NCBI GenBank assembly: GCA_963707635.1
Contig: OY970173.1
Location: forward strand, 928,001 to 992,000
Source of the DNA: Candidatus Latescibacterota bacterium
Lineage (GTDB): Bacteria; Krumholzibacteriota; Krumholzibacteriia; WVZY01; JAKEHA01
Reading direction: 5' to 3'
Length of the DNA stretch: 64,000 nt
Each line of letters opens with the position of its first letter. Positions within the stretch are counted from its first letter, which is position 1. Under the pieces are notes generated by a model. That model did no database searches. It was not told where the DNA came from and saw only the letters and a list, made by a program, of their open reading frames with translations. Below are positions 35,335-46,236 of the stretch, in pieces. A program made the translations under genes and the position numbers.

Positions 35335-37263
35335 ATGCGCTTACGATCGTCTATCATGGTGCCGTTCATGTGCATTCTCGCAGCTTCGTCTTCGGCGCGA
35401 GCGGCGGTTCCCATTCATCTCTGGAGCTACAACTCTGGCGGCAGCAACCCGGACGCCGGGTGGGGGGTCGCCACGGATGTGGCGGGCAATGTTGTGATTA
35501 CGGGTCAGTTTTCAGGGTCAGCGAGCTTCGGCGGCAAGGTACTGACCGGTGTCGGATATGTAGACGTCTTTGTGGCCAAGTACGATGCAAACGGCGTCTA
35601 CAAGTGGAGCAAGCGCTTCGGGAGCCCATTCAACCTTGCCATTGGCTATGCGGTCGCCGTGGACGGGACGGGCGATGTCGTTGTCATGGGGGCGTTCCAG
35701 GGAAAGGTGGACTTCGGCGGCGGCCCGTTTACCAGCACCGGCACCGACATCTTTGTCGCCAAGTTCGATGCGAATGGTGTCCACCAGTGGAGCCAGCACT
35801 TCCCGAGCTCCACGAGCTATGCCTCTGTCTACTCGGTCGCCATAGATGGACCGGGCAATGTGATTCTCGCCGGAACATTCCAGGGAACAGTGGACTTCGG
35901 CGGTGGGCCGCTGATCAGCGCCGGTGGCGAAGACATCTTCGTAGTCAGTTTTGATGCCAACGGCGCCCACCAGTGGAGCAAGCGCTTCGGAAGCGCGGGC
36001 CATGACTACAGCGATGGGGTCGCGGTCGATGCGATGGGCAACATCGTCGTCACCGGCGCGTTTAGACTTGCCGTGAGTTTCGGCGGCTCGACACTGACGA
36101 GCGCAGGCGGCAGCGACATCTTCGTGGCCAAGTACAATGCGGGTGGCGTCCACCAATGGAGCAAGCGATTTGGAAGCACGTCCGAGGACGTGGGCGGTGG
36201 GGTCGCCGTCGACATGCCCGGCAACGTCGCCGTCACCGGCAGTTTTAGAGGTGCCGTGAGTTTCGGCGGCTCGACACTGACCAGCGCAGGCGGCAGCGAC
36301 ATTTTCGTGGCCAAGTACGCGGCTAACGGTGTCCATCAGTGGAGCCGGCGCTTCGGAAGTACAGGTTCAGACGGCGGCTCGGGGATCGGCGTGGATGCGC
36401 CAGGGAATGTCGCGGTTACCGGAGGCTTCGAAGGAACGGTAAACTTCGACGGGGGACCACTGGTCAGCTCGGGTGGTGCCGATATTTTTTTGGCCAGGTA
36501 CGATGCGAGTGGCGGCCACCAGTGGAGTCGGGCCTTCGGTGGCGATACCGTTTTCGACAATTGCTATGGGCTTGCTGTGGACGGTTTGGGTAGTTTCGCG
36601 ATCACCGGGTCCTTCAATGGAACCGTGGACTTTGGCGGCGGCGGCCTGACCAGCGAGGGATGGGATGACATATTCGTCGCCAAGTTCGGCGAAGAGAGCC
36701 CCGTGCCCGTGCTCTTCACGAACTTCACGGCGACTCCTCGCGGTTCTGCGGTGGAAGTCGCGTGGGATGTTTGGAGCGACGACCCGTTGGGCGACTTCAC
36801 GCTCTATCGTCGCGACGAAACCGCTACGCAGACCAGAGTTGTGGCGACCGGGAGTGCGCTAGCCGCGCACTCGCACGTCGACGCCGCGGTCGAGGCCGGG
36901 AAGACCTACCACTATGAACTGGTGATTCACACGGCTGACGGGAGTGTTTTCCGCTCCCCCGAGGTCACTGTCACGGTCGCGGCGCTTGCCGGTGGCCTGG
37001 AACAAAACCAGCCGAACCCGTTCAATCCGACCACGGCGATCACCTACACATTGGCCGAACGCGCCGTGACGGCGATCAGTGTCTACAACGCGGCGGGTGA
37101 GAGGGTGGTGCGTCTCGACGAAGGCGAACACGCAGCGGGTACCCACCGCGTGGAGTGGGACGGTCGCGATGCCGCCGGACGTGCGGTGGCGAGCGGCGTA
37201 TACGTCTATCGTGTTGAAGGTGTGTCGGGCGTCGGCGCGAGAAAGATGGTCCTGCTCAAATAG
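35335..37263 (+). CDS. Second SBBP-repeat beta-propeller protein with FlgD-Ig/T9SS-like tail
   Basis: Seven ~61-aa repeats paralogous to 18425-20725; PVPVLFTNF linker; NQPNPFNP...ASGVY...KMVLLK; start uncertain. Confidence 0.88.
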   Translation: MRLRSSIMVPFMCILAASSSARAAVPIHLWSYNSGGSNPDAGWGVATDVAGNVVITGQFSGSASFGGKVLTGVGYVDVFVAKYDANGVYKWSKRFGSPFNLAIGYAVAVDGTGDVVVMGAFQGKVDFGGGPFTSTGTDIFVAKFDANGVHQWSQHFPSSTSYASVYSVAIDGPGNVILAGTFQGTVDFGGGPLISAGGEDIFVVSFDANGAHQWSKRFGSAGHDYSDGVAVDAMGNIVVTGAFRLAVSFGGSTLTSAGGSDIFVAKYNAGGVHQWSKRFGSTSEDVGGGVAVDMPGNVAVTGSFRGAVSFGGSTLTSAGGSDIFVAKYAANGVHQWSRRFGSTGSDGGSGIGVDAPGNVAVTGGFEGTVNFDGGPLVSSGGADIFLARYDASGGHQWSRAFGGDTVFDNCYGLAVDGLGSFAITGSFNGTVDFGGGGLTSEGWDDIFVAKFGEESPVPVLFTNFTATPRGSAVEVAWDVWSDDPLGDFTLYRRDETATQTRVVATGSALAAHSHVDAAVEAGKTYHYELVIHTADGSVFRSPEVTVTVAALAGGLEQNQPNPFNPTTAITYTLAERAVTAISVYNAAGERVVRLDEGEHAAGTHRVEWDGRDAAGRAVASGVYVYRVEGVSGVGARKMVLLK

Positions 37264-37276
37264 GATAGAGGTCACG

Positions 37277-37846
37277 TCAGCGCGGCGGCAGCACCTCGAG
37301 CCACCTGCGTTTCCGCACGGCACGCCGCGCCAACTCCTCTTCGAAGAACGACAGGTACCGGCGCATCCCGCGCGAGCGCTGGACGACCGCTTCGTGCGCA
37401 ACCTCGAATACCATCCTGGCCTGCGTGTCGTGCAGGCGGCCGTCGCGATCGAGCAGGTCGAGTGGAATCCGGATATAGCTCGGTCGATCGTCGTTCAAGG
37501 TCCAGTGCCGCGCGAGCGAAAACACGTCGCACGCTTTCTCCCCCGACGGAATCCCGAGATCGCGCAGCTGCAAAAGATGGACGAGCTCGTGCGCGATGGT
37601 GTGGTAGGTGAGCCGCGACGGGTTGAGCCAGATGCGCGAGCCGCCGGGAACCGCCATGCCGCTCGCCGCCCGTGTGAGCCCGACGGTGACGGTTTCTCCC
37701 TCCAGCTCGGGGAAATAACGACGCACGTACGCGACGCGGCGCAGGACATCGTTGCGAAGACGATGCTTGCGAAGCACGGCGCTCGCGACCACGCGGGGTG
37801 CTTCGACATTTGGTTGCGAGAGGAGGCCGAGCTCGAGCTGGATCAT
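37277..37846 (-). CDS. Hypothetical HExxH zinc-metallopeptidase-like protein
   Basis: TIAHELVH plus downstream GEKACD. Confidence 0.6.
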   Translation of the reverse strand: MIQLELGLLSQPNVEAPRVVASAVLRKHRLRNDVLRRVAYVRRYFPELEGETVTVGLTRAASGMAVPGGSRIWLNPSRLTYHTIAHELVHLLQLRDLGIPSGEKACDVFSLARHWTLNDDRPSYIRIPLDLLDRDGRLHDTQARMVFEVAHEAVVQRSRGMRRYLSFFEEELARRAVRKRRWLEVLPPR

Positions 37847-37890
37847 CTGCGGCGAAGCTAGCCGAGAAGTCGTTTCGGTGTCGAGAAAAG

Positions 37891-39339
37891 TTACCGGGTC
37901 CGGAATGTTTCCGAGTACGCGTGGCCGCGCTCGTCGATCGGGGTGCCGTCGATCCGGCCTTTGAGGCGGGCCCGTCCCTCCATCTGATAGAAGAACGAGC
38001 GCGCCTGCTCGTCGGCCCGAAACAGCGGCTGCTCGCCGCCCCCGGTCTCGGTGACGAAGCGGCGGCCCACCTCGATCCGAAGCCGGAGCGAGTCCATCCC
38101 CGCCGTGAACCCCACGTCGATCGACCGCGGCACGGCGTCAGGCCGCCATGTCACCGCGTAGTCGCTCGTCAGCACGAACGGCCGGGGCCCCTGGTCGTCG
38201 AACAGAGCCACGAGCACCGGCTGGCGGGCGAGCGCGCCGGCGGACGACGCGAAACGGCCGTAGAGGACGCTGAACCGGCCCGCGTGCACGATGCCCCAGT
38301 CCCACGCGGCGTCGCGGAAGTGCCCCCAGTTGTGGTCGTGGTAGCCGATGCCGTCGAGCTCGACGGTCTTTCCGCCCATCGACACCCGCCCGGTCATGCG
38401 CCCACGCACCACCGGCACGACGTAGCCGAAGGGCACGTCGGCGCCCATCGGGGTCAGCGGCGGGACGTACTGGTGCGGCGTCGGCGTCAATTCCAGCGAT
38501 ACGGTCACCGGGCGTGTGAGCGAATCGGCCAGCGCCGCGTGCACCTGGTACGCGCCGCCGTCGAAGCGAACCGTGTTCAGGCCCACCAGCAGATCGGGCG
38601 AATCCGTCGACGCGGCAATCTCCCGCCCGGGGAGGATGTCGACGAGCTTGGTCTGCCGGCCGGTTTCATCGACGTACTCCAGCAGCACCACACCGCGCGA
38701 ATAGCCGCTCGCCGCCCGGTCGTCCTCCCACGCGAGGGCGCTGATCGACACGTACAGCGCCCGTCCGGCGTCGTCGTGGTAGTTGAAATAGTGCCACTCG
38801 GCCCAGGTCTGCGACGAATCGACCACCGGCGGGTGGAAGGCGTCGATCTGATAGAGGAGGGAAGTGAAATCCGGGTCGAGGTAGTCGCGCTCGCCCCCGC
38901 CGTCGGTGAACGCGGCCGGCATCGCGGGCCAGAGCGCCGCGAAGCGCGACGGCACCACGCCGTCGACGCGGATCAATTGCTCGCGCCCGTCGTGCGCGAG
39001 CGTCGCGTAGGTGCGCGTCAGCTCGGGCGATACCACCTCGACCTCGCGCAGCCGCCGCGTTGAAAGAATCTCGCGCGTCAAGAGACGCCCGTTGGGAATG
39101 TCGAAGTGCATCGAGGTGACCCCGCCGGTCTTGAGCACCGCCACGTCGATACCCACCGGGAGCAGCACGATGTCGCCGCCGCCGGTCAGGTCCTCGTCCA
39201 TCGCCTGGTCGAGCACGGCGGAGCCGACCGACAGCAGCACCACCATCACCATCACGCCGATCGCGAACCCGAGCAGCAGGAACAGGGTGCGCTGCGGCCG
39301 GAACCGGAGTCCCTTCGTGACCAGCGAGGCCGTGTTCAT
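37891..39339 (-). CDS. MacB-type N-terminal segment fused to an AttH/CrtC lipocalin-like domain
   Basis: RPQRTLFLLLG TM helix; WAEWHYFN, YVVPV and GYHDHNWG...WDWG motifs. Confidence 0.7.
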   Translation of the reverse strand: MNTASLVTKGLRFRPQRTLFLLLGFAIGVMVMVVLLSVGSAVLDQAMDEDLTGGGDIVLLPVGIDVAVLKTGGVTSMHFDIPNGRLLTREILSTRRLREVEVVSPELTRTYATLAHDGREQLIRVDGVVPSRFAALWPAMPAAFTDGGGERDYLDPDFTSLLYQIDAFHPPVVDSSQTWAEWHYFNYHDDAGRALYVSISALAWEDDRAASGYSRGVVLLEYVDETGRQTKLVDILPGREIAASTDSPDLLVGLNTVRFDGGAYQVHAALADSLTRPVTVSLELTPTPHQYVPPLTPMGADVPFGYVVPVVRGRMTGRVSMGGKTVELDGIGYHDHNWGHFRDAAWDWGIVHAGRFSVLYGRFASSAGALARQPVLVALFDDQGPRPFVLTSDYAVTWRPDAVPRSIDVGFTAGMDSLRLRIEVGRRFVTETGGGEQPLFRADEQARSFFYQMEGRARLKGRIDGTPIDERGHAYSETFRTR

Positions 39340-40010
39340 GCGGACTGGTTCTCCATTTCGATGGTGCGGTCGCCAAGCTCCGCCGCGTGCGGGTCGTGGG
39401 TCGCCATCACGAGGGTGAGACCGCCGGCCTGAAGCTCCTTGATGAGGGAGAGGATCGACGCGCCGGTCTTGCGGTCCAGCTCGCCGGTGGGTTCGTCGGC
39501 GATCAGGAGGTCGGGGCGGTTCGCGAGTGCGCGCGCGATCGCGACGCGCTGCATCTCGCCGCCCGAGAGCTGGTGCGGCCGGTGGTGGAACCGGTGCGAG
39601 AGCCCGACCCGGGCCAGCAGGCCCTCGATGCGCTCGCGGCGCTCACGCCGCGGGAGGTTGGTCTCGATCATGGGAAGCTCGACGTTCTCGAACGCGGTCA
39701 GCATCGGGAGCAGATAGAAGCGCTGGAACACGAACCCGATGCGGCGCAGGCGCAGGCGCGAGCGGTCGGCCTCCTTCATGGCGGCGGTCTCGACGCCGAA
39801 CACCTGCAGGCGGCCGCTGGTCGGCGCGTCGATGCACCCGAACAGGTTCAGGAGCGTGGTCTTGCCGCAGCCGCTCGGTCCCATCAGGACGACGAATTCG
39901 CCTCGCGTCACCACCAGATTGAAGTCGCGCACGGCGTCGACGACCGCGGCGCCCACGCGGTACGTCTTCCCGATGTTCTCGGCGCGAATGACGACGTCGT
40001 CCGCAGCCAC
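39336..40010 (-). CDS. LolD/MacB-type ABC ATPase
   Basis: [43 protein letters not shown]. Confidence 0.95.
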   Translation of the reverse strand: MAADDVVIRAENIGKTYRVGAAVVDAVRDFNLVVTRGEFVVLMGPSGCGKTTLLNLFGCIDAPTSGRLQVFGVETAAMKEADRSRLRLRRIGFVFQRFYLLPMLTAFENVELPMIETNLPRRERRERIEGLLARVGLSHRFHHRPHQLSGGEMQRVAIARALANRPDLLIADEPTGELDRKTGASILSLIKELQAGGLTLVMATHDPHAAELGDRTIEMENQSA

Positions 40011-41219
40011 CTAGACCACCTCCTCGTGCAGCGTGCGCGGAATGTCGATGCGGCCGGCCTGAATCGCAGGCAGCAGCGCGGCCGCGAGACCGGCGGCGCC
40101 GGAGAGCACCATGGCGAGCACGATCTCTCGTGGTGCCGGCACGAAGAAGCGATACCCGGCGGGAAGACTCGGCGACTGGGTCAGGATGTGGTCGAGGCGG
40201 CCCGCGAGCATCCATCCCAGCGCGGCGCCGGCCACGGTACCGAGCAATAGCAGCACCCCGCTCTCCGCGAGCACCATCCACTGGATCGAGCGCCGGCGAA
40301 TGCCCATACTGCGCAGCGCGGCAATCTCGCCGCGGCGCTCGCCCACCCCGATGACGAGTACCACGGCGATCAACAAAAACGTAGTGAAGAGACTGATGGT
40401 CGAGAGGATGGTCGCGAACTGCTTGAAGTACGCGAGCTGGCGCACGAGCGACCGCATGAGCGCCTCCATCGAATAGACCGAGGTCTCCGGGAACGCCCGC
40501 GCGAGCGACGCCGCGACATCGCGCTGCGTTTCCGGCGAGGCCGGGCCGCCGCCTTCGTCCGCGTGCAGCTTCACCAGCACGAACGAGGCCGCGTCGGGCG
40601 GCGCGGGGCGTGTCCGCTGCGCTGCCGACAGAGGAATGATGGCGGTGCGCTGGTGCGGGAGATCGAAATCGATTTCGATCAGGGCGGTGACGATCGTGTG
40701 CAGGGTGTGCCGCGTGGCCAGCGACGCGGCAGGCGCAATATCGGAAAACTCGAGTGAATCACCCACCGTGACGCCGAGGGCAGTCGCCGCGTTCCGATTG
40801 AGTGCCATGGGGATGCGCGCGCGTGCGCGCGCCTGGTCCACGTCGACGCCTTCGACCACCCGGTAGAGCGATTGCGCCTCGCCCTCGATCCCCATCGTGA
40901 ACACGGGCGTCGAGTCCGCGTACAGTGTGGTGCCGAGCACGCGCAGCCAGCGCTCGACGCGCGGGTCGGCGGCGAGCGCGTCGCGCACGCGCCCGCTCTC
41001 CGCCACCACGGCGTCGGTGCCGAAGGGAAGCGTTCCCTGCGGACACACGCGCACTTCGTAGCCCACCGAGGAGAGCACGCGCCGGAAGGTCTTCTCCATC
41101 CCGGTCGACAGCATCAGCATGTCGGCGAGCAGGGCCACCGCGATCGCGATCGCCGCCACCGAGAACGCGGTGCGGAGCCGGTGCCGGAGCACGTTGCGAA
41201 GGGCGACGCGCGCGATCAT
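40011..41219 (-). CDS. FtsX/MacB-family ABC permease
   Basis: ALRNVLRHRLRT, ERRGEIAALRSMG, LLPAIQA; ATGA overlap with the upstream gene. Confidence 0.9.
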   Translation of the reverse strand: MIARVALRNVLRHRLRTAFSVAAIAIAVALLADMLMLSTGMEKTFRRVLSSVGYEVRVCPQGTLPFGTDAVVAESGRVRDALAADPRVERWLRVLGTTLYADSTPVFTMGIEGEAQSLYRVVEGVDVDQARARARIPMALNRNAATALGVTVGDSLEFSDIAPAASLATRHTLHTIVTALIEIDFDLPHQRTAIIPLSAAQRTRPAPPDAASFVLVKLHADEGGGPASPETQRDVAASLARAFPETSVYSMEALMRSLVRQLAYFKQFATILSTISLFTTFLLIAVVLVIGVGERRGEIAALRSMGIRRRSIQWMVLAESGVLLLLGTVAGAALGWMLAGRLDHILTQSPSLPAGYRFFVPAPREIVLAMVLSGAAGLAAALLPAIQAGRIDIPRTLHEEVV

Positions 41220-42094
41220 CGCCCGAGCACCTCGTTCACTTGAAGCCTGAACAGGTACGCGGTGGCGAGCGAGCCCACCAGGCAGCCCACCAGCGACGCC
41301 ACGCCGAACGCCAGCGCCAGATGCCAGCCGGCGATGCTGGAGAAAATCAGGTCGGTGTCGAAGAAGCGCTGGTAGTAGCCGTTGACCACCCGCGAGACGA
41401 CGAACGCCGTGCCGACGCCGATGGCGGCGCCCAGGTTGGCGAGCAGCACGGTCTCGCCGACCACGAGCGCGTAGATGCGACGCTTCGAGATGCCGATCAC
41501 GCGCAGCACGCCGAGCGACTTGCGAAGCTCCTGCACCTGCAGGAGCACGATCGCGGCGAGGAACGCGGTCCCCGCCAGGATCGACAGGAAGCTGATCGCG
41601 CGGTGGAAGTTCGAAATGACGACGAAGGTCTGCGACGACTCGCGCGCCACGGCATCGGCGCGGTGGGCGCGAAAGCCGAGCTGAGCGGTATTGAGCACGG
41701 ACACCAGCGAGTCGACGCCCGCGCCTGGCGTCGTCTTCAAGATGAAGCGGCTCACGCGATCCGTCCGGCCCGTGAGGTCCTCGAGGTCCGTGATGGGCAT
41801 CCACGCCTGCTTGCTCGCGCGGCTGATGCCGGCCGGGTCGGGGGGCGGCGCGTAGGTTCCGGTGACGACGAACCGGTCGGCCGCGCGGCGCTCCCCGGCC
41901 ACGCGTATGGTCACCGTGTCTCCCGGCGCGAGCGCGAGGTTGCGCGCCAGCGACGCCTCGACCACCACCCGTCCGGCCGGGACGGCGAGCACCAGCGGGG
42001 CCGGGAGCAGGCACGACGCGACGCTCGCGATGAAGAAACGCTTGCCTGGCAATTGGCGCCCGGGGTTCCGATGGGGTACGCTGCCTCTCGACAC
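41216..42094 (-). CDS. Short FtsX-family ABC permease (start uncertain: GTG 42094 or TTG 42052)
   Basis: GDTV.I, ELRKSLGVLRVIGISK, C-terminal TMs; lacks the usual N-terminal half of the periplasmic domain. Confidence 0.75.
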   Translation of the reverse strand: MSRGSVPHRNPGRQLPGKRFFIASVASCLLPAPLVLAVPAGRVVVEASLARNLALAPGDTVTIRVAGERRAADRFVVTGTYAPPPDPAGISRASKQAWMPITDLEDLTGRTDRVSRFILKTTPGAGVDSLVSVLNTAQLGFRAHRADAVARESSQTFVVISNFHRAISFLSILAGTAFLAAIVLLQVQELRKSLGVLRVIGISKRRIYALVVGETVLLANLGAAIGVGTAFVVSRVVNGYYQRFFDTDLIFSSIAGWHLALAFGVASLVGCLVGSLATAYLFRLQVNEVLGR

Positions 42095-42128
42095 GGCAAC
42101 ATCATAGTATGCGAGTCGGTTTTGAACG

Positions 42129-42626
42129 ATGACCTTATCGCAGGGATTCCGGCGTCTGGATCGCACTCGAAGACTCGAGTTGGTCTTCGGGGTCATCCTT
42201 CCCGGCGTCCTCTTCGGCCCCTTTCTGTGCTTCGCCCTCGTGGGCATGCTGCTGACCGTGGCGACCAGCAAGACGCCGGTGCCGGGTTCCACGCTCCAAT
42301 TCATGGGCATTGTGGCGGCGATGATCGTGGGCGGCGCGTCGGCGCTCCTGGCACTCGGGTCGGCGGTGTTGCTGGATCCCGAGACGATCCAGCGCCGGAG
42401 GGGGCTCCGGGTCGGCATCGTCGCGGCTCTGCTGGGTGGAATCGGTGTCGCCGGCTACGCGCTGTGGGCGCAGCGCTCGAGTCTCGCGTGGTCGCTGAAG
42501 AGTCCCGGGGGGGCGGGCGCGCTCTGGATTCTGCTCCCCGGGCTCGTCGCGCTCGCAGGCCCGATGGTCATCGCGTTTCGCCGGCTGCCGGCGCTCATGG
42601 GCATGCGCCGGGCGCCGACGGTGTGA
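42129..42626 (+). CDS. Hypothetical 4-TM membrane protein
   Basis: Four hydrophobic segments; lies directly upstream of the FGE gene. Confidence 0.6.
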   Translation: MTLSQGFRRLDRTRRLELVFGVILPGVLFGPFLCFALVGMLLTVATSKTPVPGSTLQFMGIVAAMIVGGASALLALGSAVLLDPETIQRRRGLRVGIVAALLGGIGVAGYALWAQRSSLAWSLKSPGGAGALWILLPGLVALAGPMVIAFRRLPALMGMRRAPTV

Positions 42627-42638
42627 TAAAGTCCCTCC

Positions 42639-43673
42639 ATGCTCCACATCCCGCGCCGCGCAGATTGGACCATGATCGCGTGCGCGCTGATGCTCGCGTG
42701 CTCGCGCGAGGGCAAGGCGCCGGCGAACGAGACCGCGAGGAGCGCCCCGCACGAGCTCGCGCCCGAGGGCATGGTGTGGATTCCCGGCGGCGAGTTCACG
42801 ATGGGCTCGAACGACCCCGCGTTTCGCGACGCGCAGCCCGTGCACCGGGTCCGCGTGCATCCATTCTGGATGGACGCGACCGAAGTCACCAACGCGGAGT
42901 ACGACGCCTTCGTCAAGGCGACCGGCTACGTGACCGTGGCCGAGCGCACGCCGCGCGCGGAGGATTTCCCCGGCGCGCCGCCCGAGAATCTGGTCGCGGG
43001 CTCGGTGGTGTTCTCTCCGCCGGATCACGAGGTGGCGCTGGACAACCACTATCAATGGTGGGGCTATGTCCACGGCGCGAACTGGCGGCACCCCGAAGGC
43101 CCCGAGAGCAACCTGGACGGGCGCATGGAGCACCCGGTCGTCCACATTGCGTTCCCGGACGCGGTCGCCTACGCGCAGTGGGCGGGCAAGCGGCTCCCGA
43201 CCGAAGCGGAGTGGGAGTTCGCCGCGCGCGGCGGGCTCGACGGCAAGGAATTTGTGTGGGGCGACGAGTTCAAACCCAACGGCAAGTTCATGGCGAACAC
43301 GTTCCAGGGCGACTTCCCGGGCCATAACACCGGCGAAGACGGCTTCCTGGCGACCGCGCCCGTGCGGTCGTTTCCGGCCAACGGGTTCGGTCTCTACGAC
43401 ATGGCCGGCAACGTGTGGGAGTGGGTGTCGGACTGGTATCGTCCCGATCAGCCCGCCGTGCTGGCGGCGGCCGCCGAGGTGGTCGACAACCCCAGCGGAC
43501 CCGATACCAGCGTCGATCCGTCCGAGCCCGGCGTGTGGAAGCACGTGCACAAGGGCGGATCGTTCCTGTGCACGGACCAGTATTGCGCGCGCTACAAGCC
43601 GGGCGGGCGCGGCAAGGGCGAGCCGGACACCGGCACCAATCACCTCGGGTTCCGATGCGTGCGGGATTTGTGA
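42639..43673 (+). CDS. Formylglycine-generating enzyme (SUMF1) family lipoprotein
   Basis: GGEFTMGS, TEVTN, RLPTEAEWE, GLYDMAGNVWEW, GGSFLCTDQYC, GFRC; MLAC lipobox. Confidence 0.93.
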   Translation: MLHIPRRADWTMIACALMLACSREGKAPANETARSAPHELAPEGMVWIPGGEFTMGSNDPAFRDAQPVHRVRVHPFWMDATEVTNAEYDAFVKATGYVTVAERTPRAEDFPGAPPENLVAGSVVFSPPDHEVALDNHYQWWGYVHGANWRHPEGPESNLDGRMEHPVVHIAFPDAVAYAQWAGKRLPTEAEWEFAARGGLDGKEFVWGDEFKPNGKFMANTFQGDFPGHNTGEDGFLATAPVRSFPANGFGLYDMAGNVWEWVSDWYRPDQPAVLAAAAEVVDNPSGPDTSVDPSEPGVWKHVHKGGSFLCTDQYCARYKPGGRGKGEPDTGTNHLGFRCVRDL

Positions 43674-43707
43674 GAGCATTGCCAGGCGGACACGTTTCCA
43701 GCCGCTC

Positions 43708-44388
43708 GTGAAACTAATCCTCTTCGACATCGACGGCACCCTCGTCGACTGCGGCGGGCAGGCGCGGCGCGCCTTCGCGACCGCGCTCATCGAAGTGGTG
43801 GGGACGGCGGGCGCGATCGACTCCTACGATTTTTCCGGCAAGCTCGACCCGCGCATCGTGCTCGATTTGCTCACGGGTGCGGGGTTGTCGCGCGACGAGG
43901 CGCTCGCGCGGCTTTCGGACGTTCGTCACGCCTACCTGGCGCGGCTCGAGGAGACGCTGCTCGTGGATCGAATGCGGCTCCTGCCCGGGGTCGGTGAGTT
44001 GCTCGACCGGCTCGCCGCGCGCGACGACATCGCGCTGGGGCTCCTCACCGGGAACTGGGAGAGCGGCGGGCGCATCAAGCTCTCCCGCTTCGACCTCAAT
44101 CGCTACTTCGCCTTCGGCGGTTTCGGCGACGACGCGCTCGACCGGCTCGACCTCCCGCCGGTCGCGCTCGAACGGGCGCACGCAACCGTCGGCCGCCGCT
44201 TCGCGCCTGAGGAGACGGTCATCGTCGGAGACTCGCTGCTGGATGTCGCGTGCGCGAAGGCGCACGGAATACGGGTCCTGGCGGTAGCGACCGGGCGGAC
44301 TTCCCGAGGTCTGCTCGCGCAGACCGCCCCGGACTGGGTGGAAGACGATTTGAGCACGGCGGGCGGCCACCCGGCCTTCGGTGCGTGA
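43708..44388 (+). CDS. HAD-family hydrolase
   Basis: LFDIDGTL, LLTGN, IVGDS..D; GTG start. Confidence 0.9.
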   Translation: MKLILFDIDGTLVDCGGQARRAFATALIEVVGTAGAIDSYDFSGKLDPRIVLDLLTGAGLSRDEALARLSDVRHAYLARLEETLLVDRMRLLPGVGELLDRLAARDDIALGLLTGNWESGGRIKLSRFDLNRYFAFGGFGDDALDRLDLPPVALERAHATVGRRFAPEETVIVGDSLLDVACAKAHGIRVLAVATGRTSRGLLAQTAPDWVEDDLSTAGGHPAFGA

Positions 44389-44399
44389 CAAGAAACGAC

Positions 44400-44428
44400 T
44401 TGCATTGGCCGCCGGGGGAGGCTACTAT
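44400..44428 (+). promoter_or_regulatory. Putative pyr operon promoter
   Basis: TTGCAT-17nt-TACTAT just upstream of the PyrR site. Confidence 0.6.
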
Positions 44429-44440
44429 GCTTCGAGCAGA

Positions 44441-46110
<1,670 letters not shown>

Positions 46111-46121
46111 ACAGGCGAGAA

Positions 46122-46227
46122 GCGCGAGCAACCTTGTGCACTCCCTCGGGAGACAATCCGCAGTCGCGCATACCAACGTTGTGCGCGGGAGGACGTCGAC
46201 CGAGGGAGTGCACAAGGTTGCCCACGC
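46122..46227 (+). repeat. Intergenic palindromic element, family copy A
   Basis: Perfect 22-bp inverted repeat (46128-46149/46200-46221) around the core CAATCCGCAGTCGCGCAT...TGCGCGGGAGGACG. Confidence 0.85.
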
Positions 46228-46236
46228 CGAGGTGCT

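Noticed and set aside
46122..46227. Hairpin family as integron attC sites or simple terminators
   Set aside because: The termini are not RYYYAAC...GTTRRRY, there is no integrase or cassette array, there are no U-tracts, and two copies sit inside operons.
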